Shown here piece by piece: positions 1 to 9,985 of a DNA stretch of 64,000 nucleotides. Source of the DNA: an uncultured Spirochaetota bacterium (GTDB lineage Bacteria; Spirochaetota; Spirochaetia; SZUA-6; Fen-1364); contig CAVUXE010000052.1 of assembly GCA_963745235.1 (NCBI GenBank), positions 256,001 through 320,000 of the forward strand, read 5' to 3'. Under the pieces are notes generated by a model. That model did not search any database and was not told where the DNA came from. It saw only the letters and a list, made by a program, of their open reading frames with translations. The position numbers and the translations under genes are program-made. How positions within the stretch are numbered: the stretch's first letter is position 1; every line of letters begins with the position of its first letter.

Positions 1-146
1 TGGTAGACGGCAGAGCATGCGGAGCAGCGCACAAACGCAAATCCGTCGCACGCCAGGAAAGGAGAGCGCGCCACGGAGGCGCAGAGGGGGCACGGAATGG
101 ACTCAAAGCGTTCGGCGCCAGGCACGGATGAATATGTTTTCGGCAT
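1..146 (-). CDS. Partial (runs off window) class I SAM-dependent methyltransferase with N-terminal Zn-ribbon
   Basis: Hand translation from ATG146 (GGAGG RBS; alternative GTG149): MPKTYSSVPGAERFESIPCPLC...FVRCSACSAVYQ. The CxxC..CxxC-VYQ pattern is typical of this family. Not in the ORF track. Confidence 0.6.
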   Translation of the reverse strand, partial: MPKTYSSVPGAERFESIPCPLCASVARSPFLACDGFAFVRCSACSAVY

Positions 147-226
147 CACAGCCTCCGTTGATCTCGTTCGCCGACGGGTGCCGCAGACCGACCAACAGTC
201 GCGGCGTATCCACCGCAGCGTTCAAT

Positions 227-1108
227 CTATTCTCGGACTGTGAATGAGATTTCCTTTGTGGTTTCGTTCCCCGCAAAATTGCGCACGGAAAGGTCCAGAT
301 GACTGTTGCCGGCGCGCAGGTCGACGCCTCCGCATTTCACGAGACCGTCGCCCGTGTACACGCTGCCCAGCGGCAGCCGTGCTCCGCCCAGCGTGAGGCG
401 GCCATCCGAAACCTGGAGGGAGTCGAAGACGATTCTGGCCACTTCCTTGCCGTCCACCTCCAGGCGGACACCGTACAGACCGAGGGGCCAGTGGAACCTG
501 ACATCCTGGCGCAGGTCATAGGCTTCAGCGATGATCTGCCCCTGCCCCGCCGGCACTTTTGCGCCGTTATCCAGCGGGATGAGCGTGCCGCCCGCGGAGA
601 GAAGCACTCTCCGTATCACCGGCGCTTGCGTGTCGGCCACGGGAGGGAGGAAGGAAAGGGGATTCACGAAGGAGGCTGTCTCTTCGTCATACAGGGAAAA
701 ATGCAGGTGCACGCCGTCGGAGGAGCCTGTGTCTCCGCTCGCCCCCAGGGTCTCTCCGGCCGCATATGCGGTCCGCACGGGACCGAGAGAGCCCTTCTTC
801 AGGTTGCAGGAGGTGGTTTCTATTTTTCCCTCGTGGTGCAGCGCGACGAAGCTGCCCAGGCCCCGAGGAAGCGAAGAGTAGTCCTGGTCCTCGTCGTAGC
901 GGAAAACAAGCTCACCGGCAAGAACTGCATGCACGTCCTGCTGGCCGCCCCCGATATCAAGCCCGTCGAAGAAATGGCCGTCCTGGTCCTGGGCAAAAGT
1001 CCCAATGATGATCTTTTTTTCGACCGGCCAATCCAGGCCCCGCAGCGGGAGCACGGCGGCAAGAAAGAAAAAAGCGACGCCGACCAGAAGGCACGCCTGA
1101 CGCATCAC
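227..1108 (-). CDS. Secreted M23-family (LytM) peptidase-like protein, degenerate Zn motif
   Basis: Signal peptide; GLDIG, G..V...H, GDTGSSDGVHLHF motifs. Confidence 0.75.
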   Translation of the reverse strand: MMRQACLLVGVAFFFLAAVLPLRGLDWPVEKKIIIGTFAQDQDGHFFDGLDIGGGQQDVHAVLAGELVFRYDEDQDYSSLPRGLGSFVALHHEGKIETTSCNLKKGSLGPVRTAYAAGETLGASGDTGSSDGVHLHFSLYDEETASFVNPLSFLPPVADTQAPVIRRVLLSAGGTLIPLDNGAKVPAGQGQIIAEAYDLRQDVRFHWPLGLYGVRLEVDGKEVARIVFDSLQVSDGRLTLGGARLPLGSVYTGDGLVKCGGVDLRAGNSHLDLSVRNFAGNETTKEISFTVRE

Positions 1109-2199
1109 AGGGCCTCCACATCCACCCGCAGGAGCCTGCCACCCACGCCAAGGAGCAACTGACCGTCAACAGATCCGAGGAACATGTCTCCCACGGGAAA
1201 GGACTCGGAGCCGAGGGTTCGCAGGAATGGAAAAACCAGGCTGATGTTTACCCGTTGCCCGTCACGCGCTGCAAAGGCTGCAATCCTTGCATCCTGCAGA
1301 AAAGCGGAACCTGCAAGCAGCCCCCGAAGAGGCACGGCGGAAAGCCTCCCGCCCTGCGGCTCGACCAGGCCCACCGCATCGCCTGCTTCATAGAAGAGGT
1401 AGCGGGAGTCAGGAGAGAATCCCATGCGGACTTCGCGACGGAAATCCGTGGACAACCCGGCTCGCAGGGCCACTGTGTAGCTGGCGCCGCTTTGGCCGAG
1501 GACGGTGAGCGCTTGCGGCCCGATGCCCGAAACCGACGCGATGAAAGATCCGTCCCGCGTCACCGCGCATCCGTAGATGACGGGGATGCGGCTTGGGCCG
1601 GGAGGGCCCTGATAGAGGAGGGCGCCGCTGCGGTTGAGAAGCTGAAGGGAGCCGTTGAGGAGGCCGATCAGCAGGAAGTTTCGCTGAATGGAGATTGACG
1701 TCATGATTGCAGGGAAGTCCCTGGTCCAGGCAGGATCCCCGTTCCTGTCCACTTCGGCCAGGCCCGTGAGATCGGAGTTGACCACGAGGACCCGGCTCCC
1801 GTCCGCGCTGAGCAGGGGATACCCGTCGCCGGAGAAGCTCACCACCCGTTCCCCCCGGGGATCGCGCATGATCCAGTCGGTTCCCGTTCGCGCATAGTTG
1901 ATATAGCCGGACCGTGAGAGAGCAACCTGAAAAAGCCGGTGGCCGACATGAAGCAGCGTTCCATCGGGTTCGACATAGCCGAAGACGTCCCCCAGCCGGA
2001 ACGGGAAAGCTCCCTGCGGCCCGGCGGTTGGAGCGGGCTCCCCGCCCGCGGGGCTGTTCGACGGCGCAGGGACCACGCTCACGGCCCAGACAGGCTTTGC
2101 CACGAGCTCCTTACCCAAGGGATAGGGGAAAAGGGCAAAATAGAGTACGATGAGAAGGACGGACGTGAAGAAGATGCTCGCCGGTCGCCTTTTTTTCAT
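1105..2199 (-). CDS. Membrane-anchored beta-propeller (WD40/PQQ-like) protein
   Basis: N-terminal TM after KKRR; repeated beta-rich blades (SADGS, TRDGS, FSPDSRYLFY); 4-nt overlap with the M23 gene. Confidence 0.6.
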   Translation of the reverse strand: MKKRRPASIFFTSVLLIVLYFALFPYPLGKELVAKPVWAVSVVPAPSNSPAGGEPAPTAGPQGAFPFRLGDVFGYVEPDGTLLHVGHRLFQVALSRSGYINYARTGTDWIMRDPRGERVVSFSGDGYPLLSADGSRVLVVNSDLTGLAEVDRNGDPAWTRDFPAIMTSISIQRNFLLIGLLNGSLQLLNRSGALLYQGPPGPSRIPVIYGCAVTRDGSFIASVSGIGPQALTVLGQSGASYTVALRAGLSTDFRREVRMGFSPDSRYLFYEAGDAVGLVEPQGGRLSAVPLRGLLAGSAFLQDARIAAFAARDGQRVNISLVFPFLRTLGSESFPVGDMFLGSVDGQLLLGVGGRLLRVDVEAL

Positions 2200-2289
2200 G
2201 CAGGGTTCCCTTGAACAAGGAAATCGAGCCATTGCGGACAAGGACGGCGAGGCATGGGCAAGCCTAAGCAGCGCGGAGGGTGTTTGTCA

Positions 2290-2700
2290 ATGAGAAAACC
2301 TGATCCCGAAGAGCTCATCTCCCGCGCGCGTGAGGCGGCCGGCAATTCATACTCTCCCTACTCGCTTTTCCCCGTTGGAGCCGCCCTGGTGTGTTCGGAT
2401 GGAATAGTCATCACCGGCGCCAACGTGGAGAACCGGTCATACGGCCTGGCTTGCTGCGCGGAGAGAAGCGCCATTTTCGCGGCGGTTTCGCAGGGAAAAA
2501 GAGAGTTTCAGGCCATTGCGGTCTGTTGTCCGAAATCCGACGTGCCTGTCTCTCCGTGCGGCGCTTGCCGCCAGGTTCTTGGCGAGTTCTGTCCGCCGGA
2601 TATGCCTGTCTACTTTGCCGGGAAGGGCAGCGACTACATCACTGCAAGCGTCGGGGAGCTCCTGCCCCATGATTCGCTGCACAATCTGAAAAAGGCCTGA
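2290..2700 (+). CDS. cdd: Cytidine deaminase
   Basis: YSPYS.FPVGAA, GANVEN.SYGL.CCAER, SPCGACRQ. Confidence 0.95.
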   Translation: MRKPDPEELISRAREAAGNSYSPYSLFPVGAALVCSDGIVITGANVENRSYGLACCAERSAIFAAVSQGKREFQAIAVCCPKSDVPVSPCGACRQVLGEFCPPDMPVYFAGKGSDYITASVGELLPHDSLHNLKKA

Positions 2701-2703
2701 CTC

Positions 2704-3510
2704 CTATTTCTTCGGAGCGTCGGCCTTCTTGATGTCATTCTCCATCTTGGTGCGCCATATGTCGGTTTTCTTTTTCACCACGTCCGCCTGCTCTGACTCC
2801 CCCAGGATCACGTGAAGCCTGCGCACGGCCGCAAGAAAGTTGATTCCCGCCTTGATATCGTCAATGCGCATGGTGGAAAGCTCGTACTTCTCCCGGTAGC
2901 GGTCCGCGGCCTGCTGCAGGAGCGCGCGGGCCAGCCCGAGGTGCGCCATGCGCGCTCCAAAGCCCGCCACTCGTGGATCCATTCCCGCCACGAAGGTCTT
3001 GAGATTGAGCAGGTTCTTGGCAATCACGGCAAACCTGCCCTCGAGCTCGACAAAAGACCATTTCCACTTGGAGTTCTCCCCGTATCCCTCCTCCAGGGAG
3101 TCTATGGTGAATCCAAGCTTGCGCACCAGGTTGTACCTGTCGTCATCCGAAACCGAAACAATGGTTTCCAGGCCCTGCTCGTAGTCGGAGAACGGCGCAT
3201 CAATCATGGGGGAGACTATCTCCTCCAGGTAGATGAGCGCCTTGTAAATGCACTTGCGTCCCTCGTTCAGATAGGCTTCGTTTTTTACGCCCAGGAACGA
3301 CAGGGAAAGAGAGTTCATGACGAGATACTGGGCAACGAGGTCCAGGTTGTCGTCAACGAGCGCCAGTCTCTTGAAGCTTGCCCCCTCGGTGCCCGCCGCG
3401 ATCTGCTCCTTGACCTTTTTTTCCTTCTCCAGAACGCCATCGATGGCGTTCTTGTAGTCCTTTATGTAGTCGACGTAGCGGCGTCTAGCTTCGTCGCTGG
3501 GCTTCTTCAT
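2704..3510 (-). CDS. Conserved all-helical hypothetical protein
   Basis: 268-aa ORF with strong coding bias, coupled to the recN stop (ATGA overlap). Confidence 0.75.
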   Translation of the reverse strand: MKKPSDEARRRYVDYIKDYKNAIDGVLEKEKKVKEQIAAGTEGASFKRLALVDDNLDLVAQYLVMNSLSLSFLGVKNEAYLNEGRKCIYKALIYLEEIVSPMIDAPFSDYEQGLETIVSVSDDDRYNLVRKLGFTIDSLEEGYGENSKWKWSFVELEGRFAVIAKNLLNLKTFVAGMDPRVAGFGARMAHLGLARALLQQAADRYREKYELSTMRIDDIKAGINFLAAVRRLHVILGESEQADVVKKKTDIWRTKMENDIKKADAPKK

Positions 3511-5205
3511 CTCTCATCCTTCTGAGGGCCATACTTTGCGAGCAGCTCACCGGCATGCTGGAGTGAGAGCTCTCCCTTGCGATCTCCCGCCAGCATGCGC
3601 GCAATTTCCTCCTGCCGCGCTGCGCCGGTAACCTTCTCCACCCGCGTAACGGTGCGGCCGGACTGAGTGACCTTCTCGATCCTGAGATGATTATCGGCTC
3701 GCACGGCTATGGTAGCAAGATGCGTGATGCACAAAACCTGCTTGTGCCGCGCCAGGGCCCCGAGCCTTTCCCCGACTGCCAACGCAACCTCACCGCCTAT
3801 CCCGGCGTCCACCTCGTCGAAGATGAGAGAGCTGACGTGATCCGATTCGGCGAGGACCCCCTTGATGGCAAGCATCACGCGAGAGAGCTCACCACCGGAA
3901 GCGATGGCGCGCAGCTTCTTGAACGGCTCCCCCAGGTTGGGAGAGATGACGAACTCTATTGCATCCTTTCCCCACGGCGTGAGGACGGGAGTTCCCTCCC
4001 GCGCCGCATCCTGGATGAGGACGCGGAAGCTCACCTTTGGCATGCCCAGCTGCCGGAGCTCGGATTCGATCTTCTTCTGAAGATCCGCGCTTGCCGCCTT
4101 CCTCTTCTCCGAGAGCTCACGCGCAACGGCGCCGATCTCCTTCTCTGTCCGGCCGATCTCCTCCTCCAGGCTCTTCTTTTCCCCTTCCCAGTTCTCCATG
4201 CCTGCAAGCTCCTGCTCGCCGGACCGGCAATATTCCAGGACGGCTTCCACGGTGTCCCCGTATTTCTTCTCCAGGGAGCGGATGGCCGAAAGGCGTGATT
4301 GCACGTCGTCCAGCCGACCGGGGCTGAAATCCGTGCGGGACTTGTACTGCCGTACGCTTTCGGCAAAGTCCTCGATCTCGTAGAACGCATCTTCCAACTG
4401 GTGGGACTGCCGGGAAAGAGAGGAATCTATTGCGAGGATCTCCTCCATGGAGTGCCGCGCCTTGCGCAGGGCCGACAGCACCCCTCCCGCTCCCTCTGCA
4501 ATCGCGCCGTGCACCTCCTCCAGGAGGGTGAAGAGCTTCTCGTGATGCACAAGGATAGCCAGCTCTTTCTCCAGCTCTTCCTCTTCTCCGGCGCGGGGGG
4601 CGAGGGCCTTGATCTCGTTCACCGCATACGTCAGCAGGTCGATGCGGCGCAGCCTCTCCCGTTCGTCGCTCACGAGGGAAGAAAGTCTCTCCCGAAGCGA
4701 CGCGAGGGATGCATACAGAGAGTGGAAACGATCCGCCAGCCCCTCCGTGCCGGCCCACCTGTCAACGAGCCTGCGATGGTTCTCCAGGTCCAGGAGAGAC
4801 TGGTGCTCGTGCTGGCCATGGAGGTCGAACAGAAGGGAGGAAAAGTCGTGGAGGTCTGTGCGAGTCACGGGAGAGGACTGGATGAAAAGGGATCCGCGGC
4901 CATTGGATTTCAGCATCCTGCGCAGGATGACAACGCCGTCCTCCGGCTCGATCCCTCGCGCGGAAAGCCACTGCGCGGCCTCCGTGTTGCCGGCAAGGGA
5001 GACAATACCGGACACGCTTGTCTCCTCCGCCCCCGACCTGATGATGGACGTGTCTGTCTTGTCCCCCAGGAGAAGGCCGAGCGCGCCGACCAGGAGGGAC
5101 TTGCCCGGCGCCGGTCTCTCCGCTCAGGACGTTCAATCCTTCAGCGAAGCGCACCTGCAGCTTGTCGATGATGGCATAATTGTGGACGTGAAGCTCCTCA
5201 AGCAT
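3507..5205 (-). CDS. recN: DNA repair protein RecN (frameshift at ~5105)
   Basis: MLEELHVHNYAII...GETGAG in one frame; KSLL...HGQHEHQ, ASGGELSR, LIFDEVDAGIGG, QVLCITH in the next. Confidence 0.93.
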
Positions 5206-6076
5206 TCGGCTCCCCCGCCCAGTTGAGCTTTGTCCTGAGCACTTCGTAGAAGCTCCGCCGGTCCGTTCGGACGATGAGGGTCTTCTGCTCTGCCCGGCGC
5301 ATGATGACGCTGTCCCGGGGGTGCAGGAAGAAAGTCTCCTGCCCGTCGATCGTCAGGACTGTCTCCGCCTTCTGCGGCTCCTCCACCTCGATGCGAAGAA
5401 CCACGGACGCCGGTACGACGGTTGGACGATTGGACAGGGTGAACGGACAAATGGGGGTGAGGATGAATGCTTCCATCTCGGGATGGAGAATGGGGCCGCC
5501 TGCCGCCATTGAGTACGCGGTGGAACCCGTTGGCGTGGCCACGATGACCCCGTCCGCGCGATACCTCCCCAGGTACTGCTCGGAGAAGAATATCTTGAGC
5601 CTGATCATGCGCGAGATTCCTCCAATCCCAATGACGGCCTCATTGAGCCCGAGGAATGCGCCAATCTCCTTTCCCTCTCGAATCACCGTCACGGAAAGCA
5701 TGACCCGTTCGCCCACCGCGAGGCGCCCGGCAAGATACTTCTCCCAGGTGTCTACGAGCTCGTTCCGCGAGACCTCCGTGATGAACCCGAAGTCTCCCAT
5801 GTTGACCGCGAGGATGGGCACCTCGGAGCCGCGCGCTCGAGACTGCGCGAGCATCCGCGCGCAGGAAAGGAGGGTGCCGTCTCCGCCAAGGGTGATGGCA
5901 AGGTCAACGTCAGTGAGCGTCTCCCTGCCGGTGTGGTTTGTATAGTCGACGAGGATGGCCTCGGCGCCGTGCGCGCGAGAGAAGTCTTCTATCGTCTGTA
6001 CGACGCTTTTCACGTCGTCCTTCTGGGAGTTGATGACGACGAGCACCTTGCGCATCCGAGGCAGCGGGACAGCCAT
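5198..6076 (-). CDS. nadK: NAD kinase
   Basis: LGGDGT, LNE, DGVIVATPTGSTAYSMAAGGP, TIDGQ. Confidence 0.95.
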   Translation of the reverse strand: MAVPLPRMRKVLVVINSQKDDVKSVVQTIEDFSRAHGAEAILVDYTNHTGRETLTDVDLAITLGGDGTLLSCARMLAQSRARGSEVPILAVNMGDFGFITEVSRNELVDTWEKYLAGRLAVGERVMLSVTVIREGKEIGAFLGLNEAVIGIGGISRMIRLKIFFSEQYLGRYRADGVIVATPTGSTAYSMAAGGPILHPEMEAFILTPICPFTLSNRPTVVPASVVLRIEVEEPQKAETVLTIDGQETFFLHPRDSVIMRRAEQKTLIVRTDRRSFYEVLRTKLNWAGEPNA

Positions 6077-6084
6077 GTGCGCTA

Positions 6085-6113
6085 ACTATAGTTGCGCCAC
6101 GACGGGAAGGCAA
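6085..6113 (-). promoter_or_regulatory. Sigma70-like promoter of nadK-recN, probably leaderless
   Basis: TTGCCT-N17-TATAGT, 8 nt before ATG6076, no SD. Confidence 0.6.
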
Positions 6114-6172
6114 GGGTACGCGGTACGGGAGTACCCGTTCGGCGAGTACGCCGTACGCGGCTTGCGCCGCCG

Positions 6173-7197
6173 CTATGGCAGGGTGGCCAGGACCTTGGCG
6201 ACGGTTTCCACGTCGCGCTTTCCCAGCATCGGGTAGAGGGGGAACAGCAGGCAGCGCAGAACGAGAGAGCGCGCGTTGACGCATTGGGCGCCTGGACCGT
6301 CGTCCAACGCCGCGACGGTGTCCGCAAACGCCGGCATCGTGTCCACGTTCTTCTTCAATGCATACTGCCGCACTTCCTTCATCCCGTCAGTCAGGCCCAC
6401 GGGAAAGGAGGAGAGCACGTTTTCCGCTTCGAGCTTTGACACCAGGCTCTTGTGGCGGGACTTCAGAAGGGACTGTGAGAACAGAGCGGAAATCTCGCGG
6501 CGGACGCGCGCGAAGTTTTCCAGGGCCGCCATCTGGGAAATCCCGAGCGCCGCATTCATGTCGGCGAGCGGAGAATACAGGGGCGAGCTCTCCACGACGC
6601 GCCGCAGGGCGGTCAGCAGCTGTTTGCTCTTTGCCAGCACGAGGGCGCCCCCGCCGCACGTGATAATGTTCTCCGGTTCCAGGGAAACCAGGCAGATGTC
6701 GGCCTTCGAGCCGCACAGTTGCTCTGCGACCCTGCCGCCGAGCCCCTGCGAGGCATCTTCCAGGATCGGAAGCCCATGCGCGCGGAGGCCTTCCACGTCG
6801 GTGACTACTCCGAGGGTGTGGTGGACCAGGATTGCTTTGGCGCCTTTCTGGGCAAGCCTTGCCGCTTCCTGGGGGTCAAGTGAGCCGGACTCCTGCTCCA
6901 CGTCCGCCACGAGCGGAACAAGGCCCCTGTCGTGCAGCACCCGCAACCACACAGACGGGGAGAGGGCCGGCAGGATCACCGGATCCTGGGGGAAAGCCCC
7001 AGGGCTTCGAGAGCAACCGAGAGGGCCAGGTATGAATTGCACAAGGAGACCCCGCCCGCGTGCCCGAGCAGCTGGCACGCGCGGGAGATCAGCTCACGCG
7101 AAATCTCCCCCGGCCCGAGCTTGTCGGAGACGATGCAGGACAGGACGCTGCCCATGTCCTTTCTCTTGACGGTGGGACGAAAGACTGGTAATGCCAT
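6173..7197 (-). CDS. DegT/DnrJ/EryC1/StrS-family protein (frameshift at ~6990), lacks the canonical PLP lysine
   Basis: ALGL.P.D.VILP, KAILVHH.LG, PILEDASQGLG, ITCGGGALV, LFPLYP; split between ORFs 6976-7197 and 6173-7078. Confidence 0.8.
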
Positions 7198-7233
7198 GTT
7201 TCCTCAATGAGCCGCCTTCGACGGGGCTTTGTC

Positions 7234-7275
7234 AAGCTCAGCCCGAAAGCTCAGCCCGAAAGCAGCTCAGCCCGC
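7234..7275. repeat. 13-bp tandem repeat (AAGCTCAGCCCGA, about 3 copies)
   Basis: Directly visible; the third copy includes the pcm stop codon. Confidence 0.8.
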
Positions 7276-7923
7276 AAACCCGCCCTCACCGATGAGGGGC
7301 ACGAACCTGCACCCGATGCTCTCCTGGGAGACGAACGATCCGCCGATCCTGCGGACCACGACGATGATTTGCGACCGCCGCCAATCTCCCACGGGGACCA
7401 CAAGGATTCCGTTGTCCGCCAGCTGCCTCTGAAGCGCAGTCGGCACCGTTGGGGCGGCCGCGGTGACAAGGATGCGGTCAAACGGCGCCTCCTCCGGCCA
7501 GCCGGGTCCGCCGTCAGCCGTCTTGAACGTGACATTCGTGAATCCCAGGGAGCCGAGTGTCCTCTCCGCCATGGCCGCAAGCTCGGGGATGCGTTCCACG
7601 GTGAAGACGCTCGCCGCAATCATCCCCAGGATGGCCGCCTGGTATCCGCTGCCGGTCCCGATCTCCAGGACCTTCTCACCGCCGCTGAGGCTCAGCTCCT
7701 GGGTCATGAAGGCAACCATGTAGGGCTGAGAGATTGTCTGCCCATGGCCGATGGGCACAGGGTAGTCGGCGTAGGCGGTAGCGCGATTGCCAGCGGGGAC
7801 GAACTCGTGACGCGGCACGCTGCGCATGGCCTCGAGGACGCGCTGGTCGTCGATGTCGCGGTTCTCGATCTGGAGCTTCACCATGCGCTCGGCTTCGGCG
7901 TTTTTCCCCCAGGAAAGTCGCAC
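7267..7923 (-). CDS. pcm: Protein-L-isoaspartate O-methyltransferase
   Basis: VPRHEFV, AYAD.P.PIG.GQTISQP, VLEIGTGSGYQAA, APFDRILVTAA, FVPLI; start uncertain. Confidence 0.95.
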   Translation of the reverse strand: MRLSWGKNAEAERMVKLQIENRDIDDQRVLEAMRSVPRHEFVPAGNRATAYADYPVPIGHGQTISQPYMVAFMTQELSLSGGEKVLEIGTGSGYQAAILGMIAASVFTVERIPELAAMAERTLGSLGFTNVTFKTADGGPGWPEEAPFDRILVTAAAPTVPTALQRQLADNGILVVPVGDWRRSQIIVVVRRIGGSFVSQESIGCRFVPLIGEGGFAG

Positions 7924-7936
7924 GGCGGCGCCGGGA

Positions 7937-8797
7937 CTACACTGCCACGAGAACTGGCAGCTCGCTCCTGCGGATGAGGTGGGATGCCGTGGGGCCAAGG
8001 AGGTAGTCACGCATCTTGTGCCTGCCATGCGCGCCAATGAGGATCATGTCCACGCCTTCCCGTTTTGCGATCCGGGAAATCAGGTCAACGGGCTTTCCCG
8101 TTTCCGTGAGGAGCCGGTAGGGAATCCCATGGCCGTTCAGGTAGCCCAGCTCGGAGGCAACGGGGAAGCTCTCCTCCAGCTCCTCCCTGACGGTGAGCAC
8201 CACCATCTCCTCCCAGATGTTCCCCAGGGCGTTCACGCAGAATTGAAGCGCTTTCTCCGCTCCCGGGCTTCCATCGTAGGGAAAGAGCATCCGCTTGGGG
8301 CTGTGAAAGGGCATGGGGCAGACGAGCACGGGCCGCGGGGAGGAGCGCACCACGTCCTCCGTCGTCGACCCGACGATTGCCCTTTCGATGTGGGCATGCT
8401 CGCCTTTCTGCCCAACAACAAGGAGGTCCCCCGAGCGGGTCTCCTCAGCAAGCACCCCGGAGGGCAGCCCTTCGCGCAGGACGGTGGTGGCCTTGATCCC
8501 CACTGTCTCTGCCTCGCTTCGACACCGGTCGAGGCAGTTCTCCGCGAAGGACTTGATGTCCTTCCTCACCTGCTCGTAAAAGCCCTTCAGGCCCGGGTCA
8601 GGCGGGATGTACACGCGCTCGAACCCGTAATCGAAGTGACTGGCCGTGTAGATGATGGGAAGGTCGGTTTTGCGTGAATCAATGACAAAGACGATCTTGA
8701 CGGCCGCGCTCACGCGGCCCGCAAGGTCGACGGCGTACTGAAACGCCGCCAGGGAGTTGGGCGATCCGTCTATTCCTGTGACGATCTGCCCGATCAC
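7937..8797 (-). CDS. Tandem-domain universal stress protein
   Basis: IVTGIDGS, DLLVVG..G, VGSTTE.VVR.SP.PVLV; second domain PYDGS...GAHG...LLG. Confidence 0.9.
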   Translation of the reverse strand: MIGQIVTGIDGSPNSLAAFQYAVDLAGRVSAAVKIVFVIDSRKTDLPIIYTASHFDYGFERVYIPPDPGLKGFYEQVRKDIKSFAENCLDRCRSEAETVGIKATTVLREGLPSGVLAEETRSGDLLVVGQKGEHAHIERAIVGSTTEDVVRSSPRPVLVCPMPFHSPKRMLFPYDGSPGAEKALQFCVNALGNIWEEMVVLTVREELEESFPVASELGYLNGHGIPYRLLTETGKPVDLISRIAKREGVDMILIGAHGRHKMRDYLLGPTASHLIRRSELPVLVAV

Positions 8798-9012
8798 CCC
8801 TGCACTTTCCCCCCGCCCGCAACCGGGCTCTTCTCTGCGGTCTTTTGCGCCTGGGAGTCCTTGTCATGGAGCTTCGACAGCTTGTACTGCTTGAGCAGCA
8901 GCCGGATGGCGTCGTTTATGCCTTCGGTCCTGCTGACGTAGTAGCCTTCTTTGATCATTTCATCGAGCCCTTCGAGAAGCTCGGTTGAAGTCTCAACGAA
9001 TGTCTTTGACAC
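8794..9012 (-). CDS. Ribbon-helix-helix (CopG-like) regulator
   Basis: GTG start with GGAGG; LDEMIKEGYYVSRTEGINDAIRLLL pattern. Confidence 0.75.
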   Translation of the reverse strand: MSKTFVETSTELLEGLDEMIKEGYYVSRTEGINDAIRLLLKQYKLSKLHDKDSQAQKTAEKSPVAGGGKVQG

Positions 9013-9059
9013 TGCTCCCTCCTGCTGCCGCGGCCCCCACAAGAGCTGACGCTGCGGCC

Positions 9060-9088
9060 ATACTACAGCGCTCCGCACAGGAGCGCAA
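9060..9088 (-). promoter_or_regulatory. Promoter of the RHH-usp-pcm operon with overlapping palindrome
   Basis: TTGCGC-N17-TAGTAT; GCGCTCC-N5-GGAGCGC at 9068-9086. Confidence 0.55.
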
Positions 9089-9138
9089 GTCCGCCGACCC
9101 TCTCACGGGTATGCCATGGGAAGGAAATGTGTGAGTGG

Positions 9139-9918
9139 TCACGGCAGAACCAACTGCGCCATTTTCTCGACCTGGCCCCTGCTGAGGGACTTCCACAGGG
9201 CGTGGAAATCAAGGAGCCACCCGGACTCGATGCCGGAGCGCAGGAACCTGTAGAGCTCCTGCGAGCTTTGGCGCGCATTCCTGCGGAAGTCCCGCAGTGA
9301 GTCCTCGTCCCCGAGGTCGGAAACTACTCGTATGCTGAGCGGTGGAATGCGCGCCCGGAGCGCGCCGACGAAGATGCCCGCGGTTTCCCAATTGCAGGCC
9401 GCGGCGCCGCTGACGGCATGGAGGGACTCCCTGACCTGCAGGGACTGGATGAAAAACTCGCCGCATGCCTGCACGCCGGATCTCACCTGGAGCCCGAGGC
9501 CATTCCCGAGCTGCGCCGCGGCCCGAACGAGCCGCTGCGATTCCCTGCGCGCAAGGAGCTGGAGCCCCGAGGGAAGGCGCATCTCGGGGATGATCCTTGC
9601 GGGAAGCCCGCTGCCGGAAATGTCATACTCGATGCAGGTGAGCCCGATCACGATGCTGTTCACGATCAGGTCTCCGTCGAGCGCCGCGCATGTCCCCGAG
9701 TCTATGACAAGGTCCGGCTGGACGTCCCTGATCCCTGCCACCGTGGCTGAGGCGGCCCTGGCCTTCGCCGGCCCGGACTGGAGAGCGATGATCTCGGTGT
9801 TGGCGATTGAACCGCGGCTCGAGCGGCACCCCAGGATGGGGGGGCCGTCACGCAGGGACAGGGCGGAGCGGCAACTGGTGAACTCGAGCGGGATTGGGCA
9901 TATCACAAGGATGCGCAC
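9139..9918 (-). CDS. Nucleoside phosphorylase / MTA-SAH nucleosidase-like protein (PNP_UDP_1)
   Basis: SGPAKA.AA, PDLVIDSGTCAAL, NWETAG, IRVVSD. Confidence 0.75.
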   Translation of the reverse strand: MRILVICPIPLEFTSCRSALSLRDGPPILGCRSSRGSIANTEIIALQSGPAKARAASATVAGIRDVQPDLVIDSGTCAALDGDLIVNSIVIGLTCIEYDISGSGLPARIIPEMRLPSGLQLLARRESQRLVRAAAQLGNGLGLQVRSGVQACGEFFIQSLQVRESLHAVSGAAACNWETAGIFVGALRARIPPLSIRVVSDLGDEDSLRDFRRNARQSSQELYRFLRSGIESGWLLDFHALWKSLSRGQVEKMAQLVLP

Positions 9919-9950
9919 ACGTTCTCCCGACCGGCATGATAGCTGAAGCG

Positions 9951-9985
9951 AAAAAAAATGTGGGGATAGGTAACACCTATCCCCA
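9951..9985 (-). terminator. Rho-independent terminator
   Basis: 11-bp perfect stem TGGGGATAGGT/ACCTATCCCCA followed by U8 on the minus strand. Confidence 0.85.

Noticed and set aside
5104-5106. Programmed frameshifting in recN
   Set aside because: No slippery heptamer, and the break is inside the Walker A motif; a sequencing error is more parsimonious.
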